This document shows positions 31,047-40,641 of a DNA stretch of 64,000 nucleotides, in pieces. Position numbers and translations under genes: made by a program. Origin of the DNA: Candidatus Bathyarchaeota archaeon (GTDB lineage: Archaea; Thermoproteota; Bathyarchaeia; Bathyarchaeales; Bathycorpusculaceae); assembly GCA_963780185.1 (NCBI GenBank), contig CAWABA010000011.1, positions 1 through 64,000 of the forward strand, read 5' to 3'. Position 1 is the stretch's first letter. Every line of letters begins with the position of its first letter. The notes beneath the pieces are model-generated. The model did not search any database and was not told the origin of the DNA. It saw nothing but the letters and a program-made list of their open reading frames with translations.

Positions 31047-31241
31047 TAGTGTGCACCGCGTTCTATGTTATTTGGCTTGTATATGAAATTTGTCATGCCG
31101 AAAAGCCGTCGACCATGCACATAGAACCGATAACCCGCTTAAATCGTCAACCGCAGCAGCCTCAAACTAAAGAAGCTCGACACGACCATTCGGGTTATAT
31201 AGGAACTCTTGAAGAGCAAATCTAATTTTGCTTGATTTAAA

Positions 31242-31385
31242 CCCCAAACCAAAAAAGCAACCCAAAACAAGCCCTGACTACAAGACGCCTACCCGAGGGG
31301 AGGGGGTCTAGTATTTACATCAAATTTCCAACGTAAATATGGGTTCCAAAGACAGGGGAGGTACCCCATCTTTACATCAAAAAAA
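31242..31385 (+). repeat. Dispersed intergenic repeat copy
   Basis: aaaaaagcaacccaaaacaagc...cctacc...ggggtctagtatttacatcaaa; related to 62310-62385 and to the reverse complement of 35120-35195. Confidence 0.7.
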
Positions 31386-31531
31386 CGAGGTAACGATGGA
31401 TCAGCCAACAAGCAACAACAAATCGAACATTTGCAAAGCGTTTTTTCCATCAAATGCATGCTTTTCTTAAGCAACGGTTAAAAGGCAAATGATGCACAAA
31501 CTACCTAACACCAAAAGGTTTGGTCATCAAA

Positions 31532-32158
31532 ATGCAGTCTGTTAAATCAGAACAGAAAAGAAAATTCATCTCAGTTGACCCAGCCAAATGCATAGGCTGC
31601 GGAATCTGCGAGTACGCGTGCACAGTTGAGAAAGGCGAGGCAATCTGGAACCCGATGAGGTCAAGAATCCGAGTTGTCCGCATGACACCTGTCTTTAACT
31701 TTGCCTTGTCATGCCGAGGCTGCAAAGACGCGCGATGCGTTAAAGCATGCCCTGAACATGCAATCATGCAAGCGGAAGACACTGGCTTACTTATTATCGA
31801 CGATAAAGCCTGCAAAGGCTGCGACTGGTGCGTCCAAGCGTGCGAACACGGTGGAATAACAATCAACCCGGAAACGGGAAAAGCCATCGCGTGCGACCTA
31901 TGCGAAGGCGAACCCAAATGCAAGGAAGCATGCCCAGAAGAAGCATTAGAAATCGTTGAATCTGACGAGGTCGCGGACAAACGCTTCAACGAAGCACTGT
32001 CAAATCTGTCGGTGCAATGCGAAAAGTTGACTACGATGGCCAAGAACAAGGATTGGAAGCCGCTTTTAGCTTCGGCGGAGAAACGATCCGAAAAAGTTTC
32101 AGCTACACTTGAAAAGCTGAACAAAAAGACGATGGAAGCAAGACAAAAACAGAAGTAG
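31532..32158 (+). CDS. 4Fe-4S dicluster (DmsB/HydN-like) electron transfer protein
   Basis: Four Cys motifs: CIGCGICEYAC, CRGC...CVKACP, CKGCDWCVQAC, CDLC...CKEACP. Confidence 0.9.
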   Translation: MQSVKSEQKRKFISVDPAKCIGCGICEYACTVEKGEAIWNPMRSRIRVVRMTPVFNFALSCRGCKDARCVKACPEHAIMQAEDTGLLIIDDKACKGCDWCVQACEHGGITINPETGKAIACDLCEGEPKCKEACPEEALEIVESDEVADKRFNEALSNLSVQCEKLTTMAKNKDWKPLLASAEKRSEKVSATLEKLNKKTMEARQKQK

Positions 32159-32167
32159 TCTTCTTCC

Positions 32168-33028
32168 CTAGCAGTTTTCTTCGTAGCCCCTTAGTAAACT
32201 GTCAATGTCTAAACCGACTTTTTCGCCCATGTACCCGCCTTCCAAAACAAAAAAGGCAGGCTTCTTAATGTTTGCAATTCTTTTGCCGATTTCCCAGTAG
32301 TCACTGTCAACCAAACCTAAAGAAGCTAAATCCCCGAAATGCGTGTCAAAACCGCATGAAACCGCAACCGCCTCAAATTTGCCGAAATCAACCAAACCCA
32401 AGGCTTTATCCAACGTCTCCAAATACAAATCTCCTTTGACGTTGAGCGGCAAAAAGAAGTTGATGCAGTTTCCCTCGGTATGAGAGCCTGTTCCCGGGTA
32501 ATTTGGCGATTGATGCACGGAAACGTACGTGACCTTCTCGTTGCCTTGAAAAATCTCTTGGGTCCCATTCCCATGATGCCCGTCAACGTCCAAAATCAAC
32601 GTTTTTTTAGCCTGTTTTTCAACTGCTATCGCAATGTTGTTGAGATAGCAGAATCCACGCGTATGAACACCTAACGCAGCGCCGCTTCGACCTACATGAT
32701 GGCCTGGGGGACGCATAAGAGAGAAACCGCCAATTTGACTAGCCAAAATTGCGCCGCCAGCCGAAAGCCTCGCGTACTCGTAGATTTTGTCGTATGCAGG
32801 CGTGTCGGCATCCTCCACTAACCCCTTCTTCAGTTTCCAGAGGTATTCGGCGTCATGAACCGCAAGCAAGTCGTCTTCGCTTGCTGGCTGTGGCTCCAAA
32901 AAATCGTAACCTTTCGCTTTCAAAATTTCCGATGCAACCTTAACTCTTTGCGGTCCCTCGACGTGCCACGTTCCATAGCCTAAACATTTTTCAGAATAAA
33001 CTATCTTGGTTTTCATCGGCAACTGCAT
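32168..33028 (-). CDS. Histone deacetylase / acetoin utilization family amidohydrolase
   Basis: RPPGHH, GFCYLNN, DVDGHHGNGTQ, LEGGY. Confidence 0.93.
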   Translation of the reverse strand: MQLPMKTKIVYSEKCLGYGTWHVEGPQRVKVASEILKAKGYDFLEPQPASEDDLLAVHDAEYLWKLKKGLVEDADTPAYDKIYEYARLSAGGAILASQIGGFSLMRPPGHHVGRSGAALGVHTRGFCYLNNIAIAVEKQAKKTLILDVDGHHGNGTQEIFQGNEKVTYVSVHQSPNYPGTGSHTEGNCINFFLPLNVKGDLYLETLDKALGLVDFGKFEAVAVSCGFDTHFGDLASLGLVDSDYWEIGKRIANIKKPAFFVLEGGYMGEKVGLDIDSLLRGYEENC

Positions 33029-33112
33029 CCATTACACAGATAAGTAACGACTTAACTTTAAAAGATAACGAAGCAAGTTTGCCGATCCTAATCAAACGGA
33101 GTAAAGCAAATA

Positions 33113-35062
33113 ATGATTTCAGAAAACCCTTTCGAACAGTTCCGCATTGAATGCCAAACCGTGTTAGCGGACGCCCTAAAGAGAGCCCTGCCAGAAATAA
33201 ACATGCCCAACATCACGTTGAGCAAAACCCCTAACATCGAGTACGGTCAGTTGGCTTCATCACTTTGTTTCGAGCTTGCCAAGAAACTGAATCAGAAGCC
33301 GCTTGCCGTAGCAGAACACCTTGCCGCCGCGATTGACGCGTCAAGCTTCAACTTGATTGAGAAAGTTTCCTGCGCAGGCGCTGGCTACATCAATTTTCAC
33401 CTCAACTTCGCAAAGTTTTCAGCCCTAACGCTGGAGTCCATTAAGACGCTAAAGTTTGAGTACGGATTCGTCAAGATCTCTAAGCCGACCAAAATCATCG
33501 TTGAGCACACCAGCGTTAACCCCCTTCACCCAATCCATATCGGGCAAGCTAGGAACCCGATGCTGGGCGATGCCTTGGCGCGTATTTTGGAGTGCAGGGG
33601 ACACAAAGTCTCAACGCACTACTACATCGATGACGTCGGCAGACAATCATCCGTCATCGCCTACGGGTATGACAAACTGGGCAGACCAAAACCCAACGAG
33701 AAACCAGACCTTTTCGTCGGCAAAATCTACACAGTAACCAGTTGCCTCGTTGAAATTAACCGTTTGAAGCGGGTGTGTGAGCTTGCCGCGGCTGTTAATT
33801 CTTTGGATGATTTGGCAAAGGCGAACAGGGAAATCGATGAGTGGATGTCGATTGCTGCGGAGCTCAAAGAGAAGTATCCCGAGCTGTTTGAGGCTTTGAC
33901 GGATAAAATCGGGATGGATGAGAATCCAGAGGAAGAAATCAACAGGCTCAACCGCGCATATGAAGACGGCGAACCCCACGCGAAGCAGCTTATCCGCGAA
34001 GTCAGCGACTTATGCCTTGAAGGCTTCAGGGAAACCATGAAGCGCGTCGGTGTCACATACGACAGTTGGGATTGGGAAAGCGACTTTGTATGGAGCACCC
34101 AAGTCAGCGAGGTTATGCAGAAGCTGAAGACGTCGCCGTTTTTGTTCAGCGAAAAAGGCGTGATGCAGTTTGACGCTGAAAAGGTCACGCAGGTGCTTGG
34201 ATTGAGGGGTAAGCTGGGGTTGAGCGAGAACAATGAGGTTCCGCCGTTGACGCTTATGCGGGCTGACGGCACCACTCTCTACACGACCCGCGACATCGCA
34301 TACACCCTGTGGAAGTTCAAGCACGCGCAGAAAGTCATCAACGTCATCGGCATGGAGCAGTCGCTGGCGCAACTTCAACTTAAATTGGCATTATACGCGT
34401 TGGGCTACGGCGAATACGCCGACAACCTGGTTCACTTCGCCTACAATCTGGTTACTTTGCCTGGCTACAAGATGAGCAGCCGCAGAGGACACTACATCAC
34501 TTTCGACGCGGTTCTCGACGAAGCAGTCCAACGAGCTTACGAAGAAGTTTCGAAGCGTTCTCCTATGCTTTCGGAGGAGGAGAAACGTAAAATCGCCAAC
34601 TTCGTCGGGTTAGGCGCTGTTCGCTACGCCCTTGTCGACGTTGACTCATCCAAGCCTGTCGTCTTCACCTGGGAACGTGTGCTCAACTTCGAAACCAACA
34701 GCGCACCCTACGTCCAATACACTCATGCAAGAGCCTGCAGCATCCTACGCAAAGCCGAACGGGAACCAGAAAAGCCAGCGTACAACCTGCTTGTTGAGAA
34801 GCTTGAACGCGAATTAGTCGTGAACCTTGCAGGTTTCCCAGACGCCTTCATCGAAGCCACAGAATACCTAAAACCCAACCTAATCGCCGACTACGCAAAC
34901 GCGTTAGCAGACAAATTCAACACGTTCTACAACGCCTTACCTGTGCTGAAAGCGGATTCAGAAGGATTAATCGACGCACGCCTAACACTGACGCAAGCTA
35001 TAGAAATCGTGATGCACAACGCCCTAACACTTATCGGAGTTGTCGCACCCGACAAAATGTAA
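33113..35062 (+). CDS. argS: Arginine--tRNA ligase
   Basis: EHTSVNPLHPIHIGQARN (HIGH), KMSSRRG, PYVQYTHARACSIL. Confidence 0.97.
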   Translation: MISENPFEQFRIECQTVLADALKRALPEINMPNITLSKTPNIEYGQLASSLCFELAKKLNQKPLAVAEHLAAAIDASSFNLIEKVSCAGAGYINFHLNFAKFSALTLESIKTLKFEYGFVKISKPTKIIVEHTSVNPLHPIHIGQARNPMLGDALARILECRGHKVSTHYYIDDVGRQSSVIAYGYDKLGRPKPNEKPDLFVGKIYTVTSCLVEINRLKRVCELAAAVNSLDDLAKANREIDEWMSIAAELKEKYPELFEALTDKIGMDENPEEEINRLNRAYEDGEPHAKQLIREVSDLCLEGFRETMKRVGVTYDSWDWESDFVWSTQVSEVMQKLKTSPFLFSEKGVMQFDAEKVTQVLGLRGKLGLSENNEVPPLTLMRADGTTLYTTRDIAYTLWKFKHAQKVINVIGMEQSLAQLQLKLALYALGYGEYADNLVHFAYNLVTLPGYKMSSRRGHYITFDAVLDEAVQRAYEEVSKRSPMLSEEEKRKIANFVGLGAVRYALVDVDSSKPVVFTWERVLNFETNSAPYVQYTHARACSILRKAEREPEKPAYNLLVEKLERELVVNLAGFPDAFIEATEYLKPNLIADYANALADKFNTFYNALPVLKADSEGLIDARLTLTQAIEIVMHNALTLIGVVAPDKM

Positions 35063-35119
35063 TCCTGCCCTTTTTTTCAAGCTTCTTTCTACGTCATTTT
35101 TGTGGTGGTTTTTGGTCAC

Positions 35120-35195
35120 AAATACTAAACCCCCTCCCTCGGTCTTTGAAACCATCTTTACCTTGAAATTTTGATGTAAAAATGGGGTACCCCTC
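35120..35195 (-). repeat. Dispersed intergenic repeat copy
   Basis: Reverse complement ggtaccccatttttacatcaaaatttc...aaagaccgagggagggggtttagtattt matches pieces of 31293-31383. Confidence 0.65.
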
Positions 35196-35367
35196 TCAGA
35201 TGCTCCATCTCTCTCACAGTCTACCCTCCCGGTCTACTAGATGAACTAAATATGGCCCAAACACGATTCAACATGCTTCAACATAGACGCGGAGCGCGTG
35301 GAATTGTATGTAGAAACGCTCCTTTTCAACATAGACGCACGTAAAATCCATTAACAAAAAAGTCAGC

Positions 35368-35679
35368 TCACCTTTGTTTTCTTGATTCACTGGGTGATTT
35401 CTCGCTAAAGGTTTCCAGGAAACCCTGCATTCTCCAGTAAGTATCCAAAAACTCCAAACCTCGAGGTGACGCAAAATAGTAGGTGCCCTCATCGTCACTG
35501 AGCCTTCTCATTAGCCCAAGGGAGCAAAGGTTCTCAACCATGCTTCGCAGCCTATCCACAGGGACGCCGACGCCATAGGACAACCGAGTAATTTTAACCC
35601 CTTCAGGGTAACCAATCAGCACTTCCAAGATAGCGGCGTAAAGCTGCGTCTTTGACCGCTTAGACTCATTTCGAGGCAT
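35368..35679 (-). CDS. Archaeal winged-helix DNA-binding protein
   Basis: KRSKTQLYAAILE...ITRLSYG...YFASPRGLEFL. Confidence 0.8.
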   Translation of the reverse strand: MPRNESKRSKTQLYAAILEVLIGYPEGVKITRLSYGVGVPVDRLRSMVENLCSLGLMRRLSDDEGTYYFASPRGLEFLDTYWRMQGFLETFSEKSPSESRKQR

Positions 35680-35715
35680 TGCAAACTATCTCCCTGGGGC
35701 AGTCATAGCTGTTCC

Positions 35716-36948
35716 TCAAAAAGGCGGAGGCGGCAATTTTTCTACTTTTCGAGGAGGCTGGCTGATTGATACGCCGAAGTTCGCCTTTAATTCTTGCGTG
35801 TAAATTACTTGTTCAGCTGCGCTGCCTTGTTCCATAGCCACGGTTTCGCCAAATATGCGTTCGACCCTGCACATGGGGCCAATAACGACTTCTTTACCGT
35901 AAATGTCATCAACTCTTGCCATTCCACCCGCCATCGCCCAAGTTGTTGCCCAATTCGTGCTCCAGCCGCCAAAGCTTACGTCTGCGCTCTTGCCAACCTC
36001 AACACGCTCACCAATCAAGAATCCTTCAACTCGGCTACCGCTGCGGACAGTCACCTGTTTAGCCTTAAGCCCTTGATCGGTCTCTGTTTTGCCGCTGATA
36101 TCGGCTTCTTCACGGATAATTATTTTGTTTGCCTCTAGCTTGCCGCTGATTCTAAGGGTGCCGCTTTCTAAGGTGCCTTCTATTTCTGTGTTCCCGTAAC
36201 CTTCAACCTTTTCTGAAAACAGGGATCCAGCAACTTCGAGTTTACCTCCGACTTCTACGCGTTGCGCATGGCAATTGCCTTTTACTTCGATGGCGCCGCC
36301 CACTTCAATGAAGTCGCAGGTTAAGTCTCCGTCTACTTCCAATTTGCCATAGGTTGAGACTCGATGTCCCTTGCAACCTGCAGGTAAAAAGCCCCTGCCA
36401 TAAACGAGCAGTTCACCGAATTCAAGCGGGCATTTGCTGCTGAATTTTCCGCCGACTCTTATGCTACCTGAGATGGAGCCGCCTCCAACCTCAGCTTCGC
36501 CGCCAACGTGCAAGTCGCCTAGTTTGACTGTGCCCAAGGCGCTTACTTTGCCGCCTACGTCAACGCTAGATGCTTCAAACGTGTTCTGGATATCGGCTCG
36601 TCCGCCCACCCTTATTCTACTGCAGCTAAGGGCGCCTGCAAAGATTTTTCCGCCTACATCAATGTCTTGTGCTTTGATTGTTCCTGTTGTTTCTATTGAG
36701 TGCCCCACGTCGAGTCGTTTATGCACTGTAAGGTTGCCGTTCACTGCAAGTCTTCCGCTGCGGCACTCCAGCGAGTCACATTCCAAGTCACCATCCACTT
36801 GGGCGCTTCCTTCAAAGACAGCGGCTTGCGTAACAACTACTGTTTTACCATTGAGAGCTTGAATTATTGCGTGGTTCCCTGCCCTGAGTTCGCCTTCCAC
36901 CCTGTCAAGAGTCGCGGTTTGTCCGCGTGGAATATTTAAATCTGGCAT
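35716..36948 (-). CDS. Polymer-forming cytoskeletal (bactofilin-like beta-helix) protein
   Basis: Repeating VGG/V.G.L short beta-strand motifs across 410 aa. Confidence 0.7.
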   Translation of the reverse strand: MPDLNIPRGQTATLDRVEGELRAGNHAIIQALNGKTVVVTQAAVFEGSAQVDGDLECDSLECRSGRLAVNGNLTVHKRLDVGHSIETTGTIKAQDIDVGGKIFAGALSCSRIRVGGRADIQNTFEASSVDVGGKVSALGTVKLGDLHVGGEAEVGGGSISGSIRVGGKFSSKCPLEFGELLVYGRGFLPAGCKGHRVSTYGKLEVDGDLTCDFIEVGGAIEVKGNCHAQRVEVGGKLEVAGSLFSEKVEGYGNTEIEGTLESGTLRISGKLEANKIIIREEADISGKTETDQGLKAKQVTVRSGSRVEGFLIGERVEVGKSADVSFGGWSTNWATTWAMAGGMARVDDIYGKEVVIGPMCRVERIFGETVAMEQGSAAEQVIYTQELKANFGVSISQPPRKVEKLPPPPF

Positions 36949-37023
36949 GGCTTTTAGTACACTTCTTGTACTTTTAAGGGTGATTCACTTTGCGTTAGTG
37001 CCACCATTTTCGGTTGCCTCAGT

Positions 37024-37884
37024 TTATTCAGCCTTCAACGCTCTGCGGGCGATCAAGTATCCGATTAGTCCCAACACAACTGCGAAAACGACGAGGTAGA
37101 GCATGTTTCCAGCTAAAGTCGACATTTGTGCTGCGTTCAGGTTCCCGTTCACTATGAGGAGCCGAGCGGTCTCGGAAGCCTTGGTTACTGGGTTTACTTG
37201 GGCTATTTCTTTGAGCCATGATGGAAATGTTGTGAGGGGAAACATGGCGCTGCTCATGAACACCAAGGGAAACGCTAAGAAGTTTATGATGGCGATAAGC
37301 GAGTCGACTTGTCTTACGGAGAAGGCGACTGCGGTGAAGAGACAGCCGAACCCAAACGTCAACAGCCCAAAAGCCACGAAGACTCCTAAGAGGTTAAGCA
37401 CGCTAAAGCCCGCGCCAAATGTCAACCCGTTTGGAAGAAGAATCGCCACAATGAACGCCAGCACCGCTAGGAACATGGCTTTAATAACGTTCTGCATTGT
37501 ACCCGAGAAGAATATGGATGCTCTGGAAATGGGTGCGCTGAGCAGCGAGTTTAGGTAGCCTAGTTGCCTGTCGAGGACTATGTCGATTCCGCCGTACGCC
37601 ATGTTGATTATCACTATGAACGCGATGACGCCTGCCGTGAGGAATGTTATGTAGTTGGCTGCGCCGCCGAAAACCTGAGACATTGCAGATTTAATTTGAT
37701 CTACCAAAACGGGGGACAGCGGAGTGCCTCCGATTTGGGTGGGAACGAGGTTAACTGGGTTAAATGAGCTGCCGAAAAGGGCTAGCCAAAAGACTGCGGT
37801 GAAAAGTCCCGGCATGATGGCGGCTGTGTTGCGGATCCATTTTTTGAGTGACCGCGCCGTTAAGGCTAAAGTGTCGGTGAACAT
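37024..37884 (-). CDS. ABC-2 type exporter permease
   Basis: DRQLGYL..LL.APISR, FMSSAMFP...P.WL...NPVT. Confidence 0.9.
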   Translation of the reverse strand: MFTDTLALTARSLKKWIRNTAAIMPGLFTAVFWLALFGSSFNPVNLVPTQIGGTPLSPVLVDQIKSAMSQVFGGAANYITFLTAGVIAFIVIINMAYGGIDIVLDRQLGYLNSLLSAPISRASIFFSGTMQNVIKAMFLAVLAFIVAILLPNGLTFGAGFSVLNLLGVFVAFGLLTFGFGCLFTAVAFSVRQVDSLIAIINFLAFPLVFMSSAMFPLTTFPSWLKEIAQVNPVTKASETARLLIVNGNLNAAQMSTLAGNMLYLVVFAVVLGLIGYLIARRALKAE

Positions 37885-38877
37885 TTACTTCAACCTCTCA
37901 AGTAGGACTCGTTGACCGAAGGAATCGCCGTTTGCTGCTCCGTCCCGCATGGTGTTGCCTGTGATTTGCAGAAAAACTTGGTCAAGTGTCGGCTTAGTCA
38001 AATTTATGTCGGAGATTTTGAGCCCGCTTTTAGTTACTGCTTCAATTACTGTCGGGAGTGCATCGGTTCTGCCGAGTTTGATGCTGTAAACTCCGCCTTC
38101 CTTCTTAACTTCCGCCACGTCTTGAATGGCGCGCAGCCTTGTAGATATGTCAGCCCCCGCCGTAAGCTGAAGCGTTAGTATGGTTCCACCGAGTTTGCCC
38201 TTCAATTCGGAGGGACAACCCGACACTTTGATGACGCCACTGTCGATTATTGCAATTCTGTCGCATAAAGAGTCAGCTTCCTCCAAATAATGTGTCGTCA
38301 TAAACACTGTTATGCCGTTTTCACGGTTAAGCTGCCGAATGTAAGCCCACATTTTCTGCCTTGTCTGAATATCCAGCCCCAACGTCGGCTCATCCAAAAA
38401 CAGAATTTTCGGCTCATGAATAAGCCCCATCGCCAACTGCAACCGCCTACGCATCCCGCCAGAATAAGTTTTAACCTGCCTCTGCGCGGCTGCTTCAAGT
38501 TCCAGAAGAGACAGCAAATCCTGCGCCTTCTTGCGTGCGCTGACGTTTGGGACGTGGTGAAGTTTAGCTGAGAGAAGCAGGTTCTCTATGCCTTTTAGCT
38601 CGTCGTCGGCGGTGAGTTCCTGAGGCACCATCCCTATGGCTTTTCGCACTGCCGACGGATTTTTTGCGACGTCGTAGCCTGCAACAGTGGCTTTTCCCGA
38701 TGTTATGGTTGCCAGGGTGGTCAGCATTTTGATGGTTGTGGTTTTTCCTGCGCCGTTTGGACCTAGGAAACCGAAGATTTCTCCCTCTTCAACCGAGAAA
38801 GAGATGTGGTCAACCGCCTTAACTGATTTCTTGTAGATTTTTGTGAGGTCTTCAGCCTCGATTATTTTATTTTTCAT
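37885..38877 (-). CDS. ABC transporter ATP-binding protein (DrrA-like)
   Basis: GPNGAGKTT, YSGGMRRRL, LDEPTLGLD. Confidence 0.95.
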   Translation of the reverse strand: MKNKIIEAEDLTKIYKKSVKAVDHISFSVEEGEIFGFLGPNGAGKTTTIKMLTTLATITSGKATVAGYDVAKNPSAVRKAIGMVPQELTADDELKGIENLLLSAKLHHVPNVSARKKAQDLLSLLELEAAAQRQVKTYSGGMRRRLQLAMGLIHEPKILFLDEPTLGLDIQTRQKMWAYIRQLNRENGITVFMTTHYLEEADSLCDRIAIIDSGVIKVSGCPSELKGKLGGTILTLQLTAGADISTRLRAIQDVAEVKKEGGVYSIKLGRTDALPTVIEAVTKSGLKISDINLTKPTLDQVFLQITGNTMRDGAANGDSFGQRVLLERLK

Positions 38878-39051
38878 CCGATTCACTTCTGTCTGGCTAA
38901 GTCGGCGAATCTCAATAAATAGGCAGTTCACAACGGGTAAACACAAAAAGTACACACAATAAGTTACCCATATCAATTCAATTATTCAAATCAAACGTTT
39001 TAAAATGCGCTAGTGAAACCAATTAAAGGCACTTGTAAAACAAACGAAAAG

Positions 39052-39387
39052 TCAGAACTTTTCAAGGTATTCTTCGAATTGTTTTCTATCTCTGAGGCAC
39101 TGCGGGCAGACGCAGCTTAGCGGGAGGTTTTTGGTGGTGCATAACTCGAGGTATTTGCAGTCGTCGCATGCGAAGTCTTTGCCGCATCTGGTGCAACTTT
39201 GAAGAAAAGCCACCTCAGTGCCCAGGATCCCCGCGATTGTGTCCATCAGTTTCTCGATGTTGTTGCAGTCCTTTATCGAGAAGATTCCTCGCTCACGGTC
39301 GTAATCAAGACCAAGATTCATTAAAAGGATGAATTTTTCTCGCTCCACCCTCGGAAGCTTGAAACCCTTCGGACTTAAAACAGTCAC
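39052..39387 (-). CDS. Hypothetical Cys-rich protein
   Basis: Three CxxC pairs; downstream of the rfc genes. Confidence 0.7.
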   Translation of the reverse strand: MTVLSPKGFKLPRVEREKFILLMNLGLDYDRERGIFSIKDCNNIEKLMDTIAGILGTEVAFLQSCTRCGKDFACDDCKYLELCTTKNLPLSCVCPQCLRDRKQFEEYLEKF

Positions 39388-39399
39388 CCGCGAGTCCTC

Positions 39400-40641
39400 C
39401 TAGTACCTGTTCATTTTAACGAGGAAATCTACCTCTTCGGGCGTGAACTTAAACCAGGAAGTCAGCGGGCTCGATTTCTGCTGCTGAAGCAACATTTTGA
39501 TGTAGGGTACGAAGTCGCGTTTGGCTTTCTCATGGGAAACGTGGCATTGAACGCCTATTTTGCCGCAGATGGCGTCAAGCATTGACCTTTTGCCTTTGGT
39601 CCAGAACAGGGTTATGATGCGTATCGGCGGCGTGATGAATTCAAAGGGCTGGTAGGACTCGGGGCAAACTGAAGCAGCTTGGGACATGGAGTTGAAGAAG
39701 TATCTTAGAAGATGCCAGTTTTCTGTGCCTACTCTTCCGCGGAAAACGTCGGCTTGCGAGACGAAAGCGTAGGCGGCGGCAAGTTCATCTGGATTCGTGT
39801 AGCGTTTAGGCAGGTTATCGCCCACAGACATCAAGAACTCGTCGTAGTCAACGTTTGAGCGGCTCAGCAAGGTTGAGGCTTCAAGGAGGTTTTTAGCGGA
39901 AAAGTACCCTCGGAGTGTTTCGTCCATGCTCATGTCCTTGTTTCTTGAAGTAAGCGCCATGGTGTCTTGAAGTGTTAAGACATGGTTTTCTTCGCTGACG
40001 CTTTGCAAATCGTTTATGGCTGAGCGAACATCTCCTCGGCTGTTCTGCGCGATGTGTTCAAGTGCTTCAAACTCGGCTTTGAGGTGTTCCAGCAGGCAGA
40101 TTTTCTGAAGCAAAGAGATGAGAAGCGGAATTCTTATCTGCTGAAAACGGATAAGCAAACAAACTTTCTTTAGCGGTCTTAGCTTGCTCAGGTCAGGGTC
40201 GTTTGCCGCCATAATAACGGGCACTTGGGATTTCTCAACGATATCTATAATGGCGCTAACTCCGCCCCTATCTTCGTTGCCAGCTATGCCGTCTACTTCG
40301 TCGAGGAAGAGGATGTTGCCTTTGCCCGGCGTTTTCGTTGAGAAGGTGTCTAAGGCGACGTAGGAAGTGGCGGGTTTGGCGACGGCGTTTATGGCTTTTT
40401 CCGACCGCGTATCGCTGGCGTTCATTTCAATGATGGTAAAGCCAAACTCTTTCGCAGCGGCATTAACCAACGCAGTTTTCCCGACTCCCGGCGGCCCATA
40501 AAGCAGCACGGCTTTCCTAGTTTTGCTTTTACGTTTACCTTTAATCCACTCGACAAACGTGGCTTTCGCTTCTTCGTTGCCTACAATGTCCTCTATTTTT
40601 TGGGGGCGGTATTTTTCAACCCACAAAATGTCATTTTTCAT
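39400..40641 (-). CDS. rfcL: Replication factor C large subunit
   Basis: WVEKYRP, GPPGVGKT, EMNASD, LDEVDG. Confidence 0.93.
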   Translation of the reverse strand: MKNDILWVEKYRPQKIEDIVGNEEAKATFVEWIKGKRKSKTRKAVLLYGPPGVGKTALVNAAAKEFGFTIIEMNASDTRSEKAINAVAKPATSYVALDTFSTKTPGKGNILFLDEVDGIAGNEDRGGVSAIIDIVEKSQVPVIMAANDPDLSKLRPLKKVCLLIRFQQIRIPLLISLLQKICLLEHLKAEFEALEHIAQNSRGDVRSAINDLQSVSEENHVLTLQDTMALTSRNKDMSMDETLRGYFSAKNLLEASTLLSRSNVDYDEFLMSVGDNLPKRYTNPDELAAAYAFVSQADVFRGRVGTENWHLLRYFFNSMSQAASVCPESYQPFEFITPPIRIITLFWTKGKRSMLDAICGKIGVQCHVSHEKAKRDFVPYIKMLLQQQKSSPLTSWFKFTPEEVDFLVKMNRY

